A stretch of DNA of 28,774 nt from a virus (lineage: Duplodnaviria; Caudoviricetes): positions 1-28,774 of IMG/VR virus record IMGVR_UViG_3300030330_002824; one strand, 5' to 3'. Of the stretch, positions 17,644-25,313 are shown piece by piece. The position numbers and the translations under genes were made by a program. Position 1 is the stretch's first letter, and the number at the start of each line of letters is the position of its first letter. Below the pieces are notes generated by a model. That model saw nothing but the letters and a program-made list of their open reading frames with translations. It was not told the DNA's origin and made no database searches.

Positions 17644-17959
17644 ATCGTTTCCTTCTAAAGCATGTACTTAGTAGGACGAAAAAAAGAAGAGCAATATTTA
17701 TTGAACTTGGTTCGGGCAGATGAACAGGAAGGTGGTTTGACCACACGCTGTATCCATCATCACCAACCGCTCTAGATCTAATGAGCAAAGCCGATTCGGG
17801 TATTTCGACTATTGCTTGAAAACATTCGAGACAATCATCAACCGGCTCGACCCGGAGAACCCATTCCCACTCATTGGACCCGGCTCTTTGGAACTGGAAC
17901 TCCCAACTATTAATCAGTTGAGATTGAGGCTGTTGCCAGTAAAGAGTCTTTTCCGGCAT
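17633..17959 (-). CDS. FN3-like protein with PEP-CTERM-like C-terminus (108 aa)
   Basis: L.W...W...RSRAV...GYS.WS resembles fibronectin type III. Ends LPEPSS-INIALLFFVLLSTCF-RRKR. Confidence 0.6.
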   Translation of the reverse strand: MPEKTLYWQQPQSQLINSWEFQFQRAGSNEWEWVLRVEPVDDCLECFQAIVEIPESALLIRSRAVGDDGYSVWSNHLPVHLPEPSSINIALLFFVLLSTCFRRKRFGD

Positions 17960-18450
17960 TACTTATAGGTAGGCTGAACGCGACCCAAACCTTTCCTGAT
18001 ATCGAGAGGCATACGGCCACGGTCGAGAAGTCTTTGAACTTCTTCTTTTCCTCTAATGGGCTCAGGGTTTCTCACCGCAGACATAATCCCAACCAGATTA
18101 TTGTACATGTCATCGTAAGAATTTCTGAGAACTTTTGCCGGGGGCATCCTCTTACGGTCGGTACCAAGTTGACCGTAGTTGCCGAGGACAATCGCATCAA
18201 AGATGTTGTTTATCTCGTGCCCGGTTCCGCCGATGAAGGCTCGAAGTGGACCCACTGTCGGATCCAGGGAAGCCCTACGCATACCCATGACATGTCGATA
18301 TCGATCCGCTTCGGGAGACTGAACGTCGTCGTACAGATTCCTGCTCCGGTCGATTGCATCGTCCATGTGCATACTAAGAAGCTGATACCCCGCAGGGATA
18401 CGGTCATCATCTTCAGGCAGCAGGTATGTGTTGTACTTGGGTGCAGGCAT
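17959..18450 (-). CDS. Hypothetical protein (163 aa)
   Basis: Fills the operon with coupled stop/start. Contains ADRYRH...HE...D.YNNLVG motif. Confidence 0.7.
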   Translation of the reverse strand: MPAPKYNTYLLPEDDDRIPAGYQLLSMHMDDAIDRSRNLYDDVQSPEADRYRHVMGMRRASLDPTVGPLRAFIGGTGHEINNIFDAIVLGNYGQLGTDRKRMPPAKVLRNSYDDMYNNLVGIMSAVRNPEPIRGKEEVQRLLDRGRMPLDIRKGLGRVQPTYK

Positions 18451-18456
18451 TTCTAC

Positions 18457-19131
18457 CTATTCGTAGGGTATCGTGAATTCACTAAACCCACGCTTGTCTC
18501 TGGCTAAAGTCCTCATCAATATGTTTCCCGCTGCCTCGGGTTGAAAAATCGACTTAACTGCATCTCCTAAAAACCGAAACGGATTCTCTTTTATTTCATT
18601 CTTTACGGCATCACCTTCTTGGTAAAGCCAGTCATACGGATCTCTGATCGTCACAGTCCCATCATCATTTTTAAAAGCGTTGAAGTGACCCAGGGTCGTG
18701 TTCAATCGGTAGCTAGGAGAAAGAAAACTTTGCCCGACTGCGGTGGGGATCGATGGACCCGTTCCATACCCAGGCGCATTCCAGTCCGGCTCAACGGAGA
18801 TCTTGTTTCTATCTTTATTGAAAGAAGCAAGTTTTTTTCTGTACTCAGCCGCAGCGTTTTCGGCGCTACGCAAAGGCAACGGATCATCGGGAGTGGGAGC
18901 AAAAACCTCTTGATGATGCTCATACGCATCCCTGAGGCGTTTTTCTTCTAATTTATTCCGGTTCTCGTGAAACCTTATTCTTCGCTGCATCTCTTTAATC
19001 TCCTCATCGGAGAAATCTTCTGCGCGAATGAGACTGCTCGTATTAGACGGGTCTCTAAATAAGTTCCTAAGAAAAATCCTGGCGTTCAGGGGAACCGCAG
19101 AGGCGATACCGCCATTTCTGTTTTCACTCAT
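18457..19131 (-). CDS. Hypothetical protein (224 aa)
   Basis: TAATG coupling to terminase; TTLG.F....DGTVTI.D.YDW motif. Confidence 0.7.
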   Translation of the reverse strand: MSENRNGGIASAVPLNARIFLRNLFRDPSNTSSLIRAEDFSDEEIKEMQRRIRFHENRNKLEEKRLRDAYEHHQEVFAPTPDDPLPLRSAENAAAEYRKKLASFNKDRNKISVEPDWNAPGYGTGPSIPTAVGQSFLSPSYRLNTTLGHFNAFKNDDGTVTIRDPYDWLYQEGDAVKNEIKENPFRFLGDAVKSIFQPEAAGNILMRTLARDKRGFSEFTIPYE

Positions 19132-20648
19132 TAGTAGTAATCCGCTCTTACGGGGATGAAGTCATCCTCGTCATCATCCGTGTTCAGAGAGACAAACCCA
19201 CCCTGCCGGAAACGAATCAACGCTTGAGTCGAGGAGTCAACGAGGTCGTCATGCTCTCCAGACGGGAAAGCCGCGAACTCTTCCATGACCTCCTCGGAGA
19301 ATCTTCTGTCGGGACACCAAACCATCCCGGAAGCGAATAGATCCGAGACAGCATTAACGCGCGCAATTTTGTCGTTCCCCCGGGAAGGCGTGTACTCCTG
19401 CACCGGGATGCCCATTGCTCTCAGCTCAAAAATAAGGGGAAGTCCCGCTGCCTTCGCTTCCACGATGAAGGCGTCCGGGGACCACCGCTTCCATTCCTCA
19501 AAAGCCTTCATCTTCAGCTCTGGGAATTCCATCCGGGCTTTCATGGCATCCAGCAAGATGAGGTTGGGCTGATCCCGGCCTTCATCGTCTGGCATGTAAA
19601 ATATTCCCCACGTCGTACACGCGGAGTAATCCGATCGCTCCTTCTTGAGAAATGCCGTATCCCAAGATTGAATTATGAACTCGCAGGGAGGTGGGGAGTC
19701 CTCCGTCCAGTGCCGCCACCACTCTCTCTTGATGATGGCGCCCTCTTCCGAGGTTGGGTCTTGCTGATACTGAGCGGACCACTTCGATACAGGCAACTCG
19801 GAGCGGAGCTTCGTCAGTTCATCTAGCGACCAGAACCCAGGCCAGAGGGGGCTGCCGGAAGGAAGGATCGCAGGGAGTTCGATCACTTCCCATTCATCGG
19901 CACCCTCGCGCTGAACGGAGGACTTCAAAATCTGCCCGGTCAAATCACGCTTATGCCAACGAGTCATAACAATAATAATGGCACCTCCGGGCTGGAGTCT
20001 CTGGCGAGGCCCAGACGTGTACCACTCATATGTTCTGTTGAAGACCGTTGGGTCCGCGCTTTGACCCTCTTGCTCGGAGTGGGGGTCATCAATAATGAGT
20101 AGGTCAGCACCCTTACCGGTTACTGCACCCCCCACCCCGATTGCGAAATATTCTCCTCCCTCAGATGTGTTCCATCGACCAGCCGCTTTTGAATCTTGCT
20201 GGAGTTTTACCCCAGGGAAGATCGACTGGTAATCCGGGCTCCCGACAAGATTCCTCACCTTACGGCCAAACCCAACTGCGAGTTCAGCCGTATGCGCTGT
20301 TTGGATCACCTTCTTTCCGGGGTACTTACCTAAGAACCATGCCGGGAGATGGTACGAGGCAAACTCACTCTTCGTATGGCGAGGAGGCATGTTGATGATC
20401 AACCGCTTCAACTCACCGCGAGCCACACGCTCAAAAGCGCGGGCCATCATTTCGTGATGCTTCCCTTCGATGAAAATCGGCCAAGCAGCCTTCACGAACT
20501 GAATAAAATCGTCTTGGCAGTCCTCTTGCTTCTTGAGGTTCTTGTAATGCTCTACAAGAGTTTTAAGACGCTCCATCTTCTCTAAAGGAAGACTGTCCAG
20601 CTTATCCAAGTACGGCTCTAGAACAGATAAATCCAGATCTGTACTCAA
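19131..20648 (-). CDS. terL: Terminase large subunit (505 aa)
   Basis: RLIINMPPRHTKSE (Walker A), GKGADLLIIDDP (Walker B), MTRW, SWDTA nuclease motif and HDDLVDS. Confidence 0.95.
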   Translation of the reverse strand: MSTDLDLSVLEPYLDKLDSLPLEKMERLKTLVEHYKNLKKQEDCQDDFIQFVKAAWPIFIEGKHHEMMARAFERVARGELKRLIINMPPRHTKSEFASYHLPAWFLGKYPGKKVIQTAHTAELAVGFGRKVRNLVGSPDYQSIFPGVKLQQDSKAAGRWNTSEGGEYFAIGVGGAVTGKGADLLIIDDPHSEQEGQSADPTVFNRTYEWYTSGPRQRLQPGGAIIIVMTRWHKRDLTGQILKSSVQREGADEWEVIELPAILPSGSPLWPGFWSLDELTKLRSELPVSKWSAQYQQDPTSEEGAIIKREWWRHWTEDSPPPCEFIIQSWDTAFLKKERSDYSACTTWGIFYMPDDEGRDQPNLILLDAMKARMEFPELKMKAFEEWKRWSPDAFIVEAKAAGLPLIFELRAMGIPVQEYTPSRGNDKIARVNAVSDLFASGMVWCPDRRFSEEVMEEFAAFPSGEHDDLVDSSTQALIRFRQGGFVSLNTDDDEDDFIPVRADYY

Positions 20649-20798
20649 GACGCAATTCTCCCCATAAACCCGAGACCTCTAGATCGCCCCTTCTAAAAAG
20701 AATTGAGCCCTCTCGCATCCAAGCGAAGAGGGCTCCGAGGGGGTCTCTACAAGAGGTCTCTCTGGCGTAGAAACCTTCTACGAACTGCCAGCAGGCTC

Positions 20799-20826
20799 AG
20801 TATAACAAAGACCCCCCCCTTGACAA
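20799..20826 (-). promoter_or_regulatory. Putative sigma70-like promoter upstream of terL
   Basis: Minus-strand TTGTCA-16 nt-TATACT with TGn extended -10, in the ~270-bp intergenic gap. Confidence 0.4.
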
Positions 20827-20920
20827 CTGCCAGAAAGACATGGCCCCTGGCAGAAAACTTAATAGGTACGCGGGCTTACAAAAGTTTATTTTTTTTTCAA
20901 AAAATAGGGATCGTAGAGAC

Positions 20921-21166
20921 TTACTCGATGATGAGACCGTCCACGTCTACGGCAGATCTAGTTTCTACCCAAAGCCGCGCCCCGCACCCTAAAGGCTTGT
21001 CGGGGCGGTAAATCACTTCACTCGGACCCTCTATCTTTACACTAAAACCTTTTACCGATTTACCTCGGTTTTGCACAGTACACGGGGGCAGTAAGGATCC
21101 TAAAGGGTTTTTTATATTTTTCCGTATAACGTGCTGATCCACATGTATGCGCTTAATCGTATTCAT
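20921..21166 (-). CDS. Conserved phage hypothetical protein (~81 aa)
   Basis: RIHVDQHVIRKN...P.TV...V.I.GPS.VIY.PDKPL.CGARLWVET motif; ATG at 21166. Confidence 0.75.
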   Translation of the reverse strand: MNTIKRIHVDQHVIRKNIKNPLGSLLPPCTVQNRGKSVKGFSVKIEGPSEVIYRPDKPLGCGARLWVETRSAVDVDGLIIE

Positions 21167-21812
21167 CGAAAGCTCCACTGGCATCCAGATTCAACTCAAC
21201 AAGCTTCACCTCCGGGGTAATACCATCTAAGGCATCCTCGGATACGGTTTCCTGCGGGGGAATAGCTACAGAATCCGTGATTGTTTGTGCAGAATCGTGT
21301 GTAGTGATGTGGGGGTGGTCGTCGTCGCGCAAGGGGGGTTGGGGGTCGGGCGTCACATCCAGCTCGAAGCCAACCTCCGGGTCGTCCAGCGTGTCAGCTA
21401 GCAGAGCGTGGATCGACGCGGCCACCTCGGCGGCGCTCGAAGACTGGCCGACACCCTCGGGCGTCGATCGGTCGGACCCGAAGAGATCGATGGTCCCGAC
21501 ACTTCCAAGTGTACGCAAGGCAGCGATCCGATCGGACGCGCGTTCGGCTGACTCCGCTTCGCGCCAGAGTGCGGAAACGATCCGTTCGCGATCGGCGGCG
21601 GCACGCGCTCGGCCTCGAACTAACAGGTCCTGTCGAAGAGTCTCCGCGTACCGTTGCACTTCGGGCGAACGCCAGAGTCGTGAAGCTTCCGCCCTGACAT
21701 TCTTCGGTGTCGCCTCGGTCTGGCGCGTGTCCCTGAAAGCTTGAGTAATACTGGGCGCTTCCCCGTAGACGATGGCCTCGGTGAAACGTCGATTGCGTTC
21801 TGATAAAGGCAT
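21153..21812 (-). CDS. terS: Terminase small subunit (219 aa)
   Basis: LSERNRRF...G...TQAF...AEASRL...PEV..Y...L...RERIV..L..EA...DRIAALRTLG, the pattern of HTH small terminases. GGAGG RBS; upstream of terL. Confidence 0.75.
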   Translation of the reverse strand: MPLSERNRRFTEAIVYGEAPSITQAFRDTRQTEATPKNVRAEASRLWRSPEVQRYAETLRQDLLVRGRARAAADRERIVSALWREAESAERASDRIAALRTLGSVGTIDLFGSDRSTPEGVGQSSSAAEVAASIHALLADTLDDPEVGFELDVTPDPQPPLRDDDHPHITTHDSAQTITDSVAIPPQETVSEDALDGITPEVKLVELNLDASGAFDEYD

Positions 21813-21893
21813 TGGATGTTAGTTCCCTCCGTCATACAAGGGTAAAGCCTTCGCGCCATCGGTAAACCCTCAGACCCTGTTAGGCTTCGTCAC

Positions 21894-21907
21894 TTTACCC
21901 GGGTAAA
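21894..21907. repeat. Palindrome TTTACCCGGGTAAA copy 1
   Basis: Perfect 14-bp palindrome, intergenic upstream of terS. Confidence 0.9.
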
Positions 21908-21914
21908 TCCAGAC

Positions 21915-21951
21915 AAAAGAAAACCCCGGGAAGCTTTCGCCGCCCGGGGTT
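21915..21951 (-). terminator. Intrinsic terminator after the 247-aa gene
   Basis: Minus-strand AACCCCGGG-cggcgaaagcuu-CCCGGGG-UUUUCUUUU. Confidence 0.8.
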
Positions 21952-21973
21952 CCTTCGGCCTATGGCCTTGGCG

Positions 21974-22717
21974 TTATGCCGTCTTAGCCTTGGCCTTCGC
22001 GGCCTTCTTGGCCTTGGCCTCGGCCTTCGATGCCTCGGCCTTCTCGGCCTTAGCCTTCTCGGCGGCGAACGTCTCGGACACGATATCGCGAAGCACGTCC
22101 TCGACCTCGGATCGCGTGGCCTTCTCGGCCTTGGCGTAAGCCTTCACTGCCGAGGCCAGCCGATCGCGATTCGACTTCGCCGGACGTGCCCAGTTGAGGC
22201 GCATCCGCCGAGAGTCGAGCGGTCGCGACTGGTCACCTTCGCCGACCGTGAAGTCGGACCCGATGAAGTTGGCGACTGCGGCGACCCGGCCTTCGGCGTC
22301 CTTCGCCGAGTCGATTCGCGACACGATCGCCGACCGAGTGTCGGAGTGAGTCGCGAAGGCCTTGGCAATCGTTCGGATCTTATCCAGCACCGTGTTCGCC
22401 TTGACGTCGGCGTCGACTTTGTACCCGTAAGCCTCGGCGAAGGCTTCGCGGACGAAAGTCGAACGCGCCGCCTGTCGGGCCTTTGTATCCTTCCCGATCG
22501 CTTTGCCCGATCGGATCAAGTCGGCGAGTACTTCGCCCTTCTTCCCGATCGGCACCGTGAGAAAGTGGACGATCGCCGCGGCCTCGGCCTCGGCCTGCCG
22601 GTAGTGAAGGTTCGATTCCTTCTCTGCCAGCGCGACCGCGTCGGCGACCTTCTTCTCTCCGGCCTTCGCCGCCTTCTCGGCGGCCTTCGCGATTTCTACC
22701 AATTCCATTTCGTTCAT
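21974..22717 (-). CDS. Ala/Lys-rich helical hypothetical protein (247 aa)
   Basis: GGAAGG RBS, strongly biased GCC/AAG codon use, own promoter and terminator; basic tail KAEAKAKKAAKAKAKTA. Confidence 0.8.
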   Translation of the reverse strand: MNEMELVEIAKAAEKAAKAGEKKVADAVALAEKESNLHYRQAEAEAAAIVHFLTVPIGKKGEVLADLIRSGKAIGKDTKARQAARSTFVREAFAEAYGYKVDADVKANTVLDKIRTIAKAFATHSDTRSAIVSRIDSAKDAEGRVAAVANFIGSDFTVGEGDQSRPLDSRRMRLNWARPAKSNRDRLASAVKAYAKAEKATRSEVEDVLRDIVSETFAAEKAKAEKAEASKAEAKAKKAAKAKAKTA

Positions 22718-22788
22718 CCTTCCGGGCGCGTCGCGCGCCCTATGTGGCGGGGGGGTCCCCCGCCCACCCCTTCATGGGGTGGAGCCCC

Positions 22789-22815
22789 ATTATAGCATTT
22801 GACACTACCTGTCAA
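22789..22815 (-). promoter_or_regulatory. Leftward sigma70-like promoter
   Basis: Minus-strand TTGACA-15 nt-TATAAT with extended -10 (TGCTATAAT); both hexamers are perfect consensus. Confidence 0.75.
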
Positions 22816-22825
22816 CACCTCTCGT

Positions 22826-22839
22826 TTTACCCGGGTAAA
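22826..22839. repeat. Palindrome TTTACCCGGGTAAA copy 2
   Basis: Perfect copy, 10 nt upstream of the leftward -35 box. Confidence 0.9.
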
Positions 22840-22840
22840 T

Positions 22841-23001
22841 CCGCGACCCCCCGCCCACCGGCACCCCTGCACCCATGCCCGCACCCACCCACGCCCACCC
22901 GCACCCATGCACGCCTGCGCCCGCGCCTGCCTGCGCGCGCGTACCCGCCCGCGCCCGCGCCCGCGAGAATCAGAGAGATGTGGGTCAGAGAGATGTGGGT
23001 C
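22841..23001 (+). repeat. C-rich low-complexity tract plus 15-bp tandem repeat
   Basis: Recurring GCACCC/CCCGC/GCGC units, then CAGAGAGATGTGGGT twice (22971-22985, 22986-23000). Confidence 0.8.
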
Positions 23002-23045
23002 GAATATCGGCTCAGAATTTGACAGAATTATTTTATGAACACCTA

Positions 23046-23074
23046 TTGACTTATAGTGTATGCTGTCCTACCTT
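23046..23074 (+). promoter_or_regulatory. Rightward sigma70-like promoter
   Basis: TTGACT-17 nt-TACCTT in an AT-rich island. Confidence 0.55.
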
Positions 23075-23105
23075 CAGAACTCCTGAGAAAATTTTTTTTC
23101 AGTTA

Positions 23106-23150
23106 GTTTTACCCGGGTAATTCGACGGTCGTTTTACCCGGGTAATTCGA
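23106..23150. repeat. Palindrome copies 3 and 4 within a 20-bp direct repeat
   Basis: GTTTTACCCGGGTAATTCGA at 23106-23125 and 23131-23150. Confidence 0.9.
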
Positions 23151-23159
23151 GGAGGACGA

Positions 23160-23800
23160 TAGACCTACATGCCCCGCACCAGAGCGGGCCGCGAGCATGA
23201 CCTAGCGGGTGCTGGCGGGACGGCTTAGCCGGACAGTCTGGAACGTGTAACGGCCCACTTCGGGGGCTGGGCGGCGCCTTCGGTCAGCGTGTCATCTGCC
23301 CACACAATATGACGGGATGCAGTCTGCGACCCTATGAGTCGCGGCGACCCTGCAATCCAGCGACCGCCCTGCCCCCTGCGTTATGAGTGCAGAGCAGTGT
23401 GGATCGCTCGCCCCACCGGGACGGGGCACCGGATTGAGCAGGGTGTATTCGACGGGATGCCACCGGATGGTTCCGCCCAACGGGGGAATGCCATGTGATT
23501 TACCCGGGTAAATCTACGGCTAACGCCCGCCGTCGAATGCGCCTCAGAACCACCGCCGCGCATTGTGATACGGCTGCAAAACTAGGTCAGATGTGACAGG
23601 TCTGGTGTGAGCCTAGGGTGCCCAAGGGCCAGCGCGTAGTTTTCTAACGCCCACACGATCACGGTCCAGCGCGCGACCGCAGCGTGTGGCAATCCACCGG
23701 CCATGACCCCGTAGTCTGGGCGAGCTGGTGGTCTCGGTATCTGCCGATCGGTGAATCGGTGAACCACCCTTTGACCGATGGGCAGAACCCATCTGCCCGG
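23160..23800 (+). ncRNA. Candidate large structured non-coding RNA or very long structured leader (boundaries approximate)
   Basis: No plus-strand ORF of 60 aa or more. More than 10 stems, many with G-U pairs on the plus strand, two C(UUCG)G loops, and a 15-bp long-range helix 23441-23455/23530-23544. Confidence 0.6.
23497..23514. repeat. Palindrome copy 5 (extended, 18 bp)
   Basis: GATTTACCCGGGTAAATC. Confidence 0.9.
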
Positions 23801-23801
23801 G

Positions 23802-23819
23802 AATTTACCCGGGTAAATT
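23802..23819. repeat. Palindrome copy 6 (extended, 18 bp)
   Basis: AATTTACCCGGGTAAATT, abutting the GAGGA RBS of the next gene. Confidence 0.9.
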
Positions 23820-23829
23820 GAGGAACGAA

Positions 23830-24084
23830 ATGAACGAGAAGTTCAGGGTTGACGTGCATGTGGAGCCGTGCCCGTATGACCCAGAGGAGTACGTCAGCAT
23901 CCGAATCAGCGGGCTCAGCCCGGATCTGGGTCCGAACGTCCGCAGCTTCGGGGTCCGTTTCAGGATGAAGTGGTCGCGGAGGGGTGACGCCCTCGGCGTG
24001 GCGCTTCTGATGAAGCCGATCGAGAAAGCTCTCAAGCTGTACGACCTCAATCTCTCCCATGTGGCAGGCATCATATTCGGATAG
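23830..24084 (+). CDS. Hypothetical early protein (~84 aa)
   Basis: GAGGA RBS then ATG at 23830 (MNEKFRVDVHVEP...). Confidence 0.75.
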   Translation: MNEKFRVDVHVEPCPYDPEEYVSIRISGLSPDLGPNVRSFGVRFRMKWSRRGDALGVALLMKPIEKALKLYDLNLSHVAGIIFG

Positions 24085-24093
24085 GAGTACGAG

Positions 24094-24279
24094 ATGAAAA
24101 GTTTTTTCTCTGAGTTCATGCGTCTCGAAGAGTCCAAGGCCATCACCCAGCGGCGATCCCGCAAGGGGATTCCCAAGGTGATAACCGAGGAACATCTCCG
24201 CAGGATGAAGCGGAGGGAGTGGATTGACGAGGGTCAGACCACCAAGCTGGGGGATCTCCCCGGGAAGGAGGAGAAATGA
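24094..24279 (+). CDS. Hypothetical protein (61 aa)
   Basis: AGGAG RBS; ATGA overlap with the next gene. Confidence 0.7.
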   Translation: MKSFFSEFMRLEESKAITQRRSRKGIPKVITEEHLRRMKRREWIDEGQTTKLGDLPGKEEK

Positions 24280-24545
24280 TCCCCGGACTTATCACACTCG
24301 GATGCATTCGCACCCACCAACTTCCGGCAAATGAGACGCGCCCCGCTCGCATCGTCGTCTACGAGGATGAGCAGTTCGGAAACGAGCCGAGGAGGCTGGT
24401 TGTCGAGTGCCGCTCTGATTTCACGATCAGGGAGAACCACTACCGAGCCGCCCAAATGTGGCTCGATAAACACAACCCGGGCCATCGCCCGATGATGCCC
24501 GGTCTCCACTTCGAGTGGGACTACTACTGGGCGTGGGAGGCTTAA
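24276..24545 (+). CDS. Hypothetical protein (89 aa)
   Basis: AGGAGG RBS. I.T..LP..ETRPARI...NH..AA motif. Confidence 0.75.
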   Translation: MIPGLITLGCIRTHQLPANETRPARIVVYEDEQFGNEPRRLVVECRSDFTIRENHYRAAQMWLDKHNPGHRPMMPGLHFEWDYYWAWEA

Positions 24546-24547
24546 CC

Positions 24548-24847
24548 ATGTCGAGATATCCCAACACAACTTTCGTGAACGTCTACCTGATCGACCGGGC
24601 CTACGGCGGCCCCGAGGAGGGAGGCTGGTACTACACGATGGGTTCGTTCTGTGACGGAGAGGCATTCCCTGACGAGAGGGAGGAGGATGTCGAGCGAGCA
24701 GTGGAACAGGCCAAGGCCCGCTGCAAAGACTGGAACGAGAAGCGCAACTCCGATATCGGATCGGTGCTTTCCGATGGGAGGTATGTGGTCAGGATCGAGA
24801 ACCATCCCGGGAAAAACTTCCCGGATGCGAAGCCTCACTACGAGTGA
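24548..24847 (+). CDS. Conserved phage hypothetical protein with GGPEEGGW motif (~99 aa)
   Basis: GGAGG RBS then ATG at 24548. VNVY..DRAYGGPEEGGWYY...P..KPHYE. Confidence 0.8.
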   Translation: MSRYPNTTFVNVYLIDRAYGGPEEGGWYYTMGSFCDGEAFPDEREEDVERAVEQAKARCKDWNEKRNSDIGSVLSDGRYVVRIENHPGKNFPDAKPHYE

Positions 24848-24849
24848 GA

Positions 24850-24863
24850 TTTACCCAGGTAAA
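24850..24863. repeat. Palindrome copy 7 (one mismatch)
   Basis: TTTACCCAGGTAAA between a stop codon and the AAGGAG RBS, which it overlaps. Confidence 0.8.
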
Positions 24864-24873
24864 GGAGAGTGGA

Positions 24874-25152
24874 ATGAAGCCCAAAGAGATTCGATGGACG
24901 TATCCCGAAGATATTCGATGGACGGTGGTGGCGGACGTGCAAACCGAGACACCCGAGGGAGCAACCACCACGAGGGGTGCGCCTAGCTTCGAGGTCTGGG
25001 CGTGCAGTGCCAAGGAGGCACACACCAAGGCCAAGGACATTCTCACCGTTAGTTGGCGGGGGCCGACCAAGGTGGGGATCAGCATGGGTCTGTGTGACTC
25101 GAATGGGAACTACTTCTCGGCAGACGAGAAGGGAATCAAGGAGGAGAAGTGA
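24874..25152 (+). CDS. Hypothetical protein (~92 aa)
   Basis: AAGGAG RBS then ATG at 24874. Short internal repeat EIRWT/DIRWT. Confidence 0.7.
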   Translation: MKPKEIRWTYPEDIRWTVVADVQTETPEGATTTRGAPSFEVWACSAKEAHTKAKDILTVSWRGPTKVGISMGLCDSNGNYFSADEKGIKEEK

Positions 25153-25313
25153 TGCGAAGAAAAGGACGAGTGGTGCGAGTAGTGACGGAGGCTTTCGCTG
25201 GTGGGCGAGGCAAGGGTGGTGGTCGGAAGGTGGAGCTTGTGACCTACAAGAAGCTCCCCGGCAAGGGTGCCACCAACCCCCGGAATCGGAAGGCGATCAA
25301 GGAGTCGAAGTGA
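25152..25313 (+). CDS. Small basic protein (53 aa), below the ORF-track cutoff
   Basis: TGATG coupling and AGGAGG RBS. MRRKGRVVRVVTEAFAGGRGKGGGRKVELVTYKKLPGKGATNPRNRKAIKESK. Confidence 0.6.
   Translation: MRRKGRVVRVVTEAFAGGRGKGGGRKVELVTYKKLPGKGATNPRNRKAIKESK

Noticed and set aside
21962-22795. 277-aa plus-strand ORF with Leu/Gly-rich start
   Set aside because: Antisense mirror of the GCC/AAG-rich 247-aa gene, which has the promoter, RBS and terminator.
23106-23150. Direct repeats as a CRISPR mini-array
   Set aside because: Only two 20-bp copies with a 5-nt gap. Other copies are irregularly dispersed, and there are no cas genes.
23160-23800. tRNA, tmRNA, RNase P RNA or self-splicing intron identity for the structured region
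   Set aside because: No cloverleaf with T-loop GTTCRA and CCA end, no GAGGAAAGTCC RNase P motif, and no interrupted host gene or intron-encoded ORF seen.
23659-24195. 178-aa and 123-aa minus-strand ORFs overlapping the candidate ncRNA 3' part
   Set aside because: Antisense to RBS-supported plus-strand genes; no recognisable motifs.
24977-25309. N-terminal extension of the 175-aa ORF 24977..25504
   Set aside because: Overlaps two better-supported genes. The real start is the GTG at 25310 with an AAGGAG RBS.
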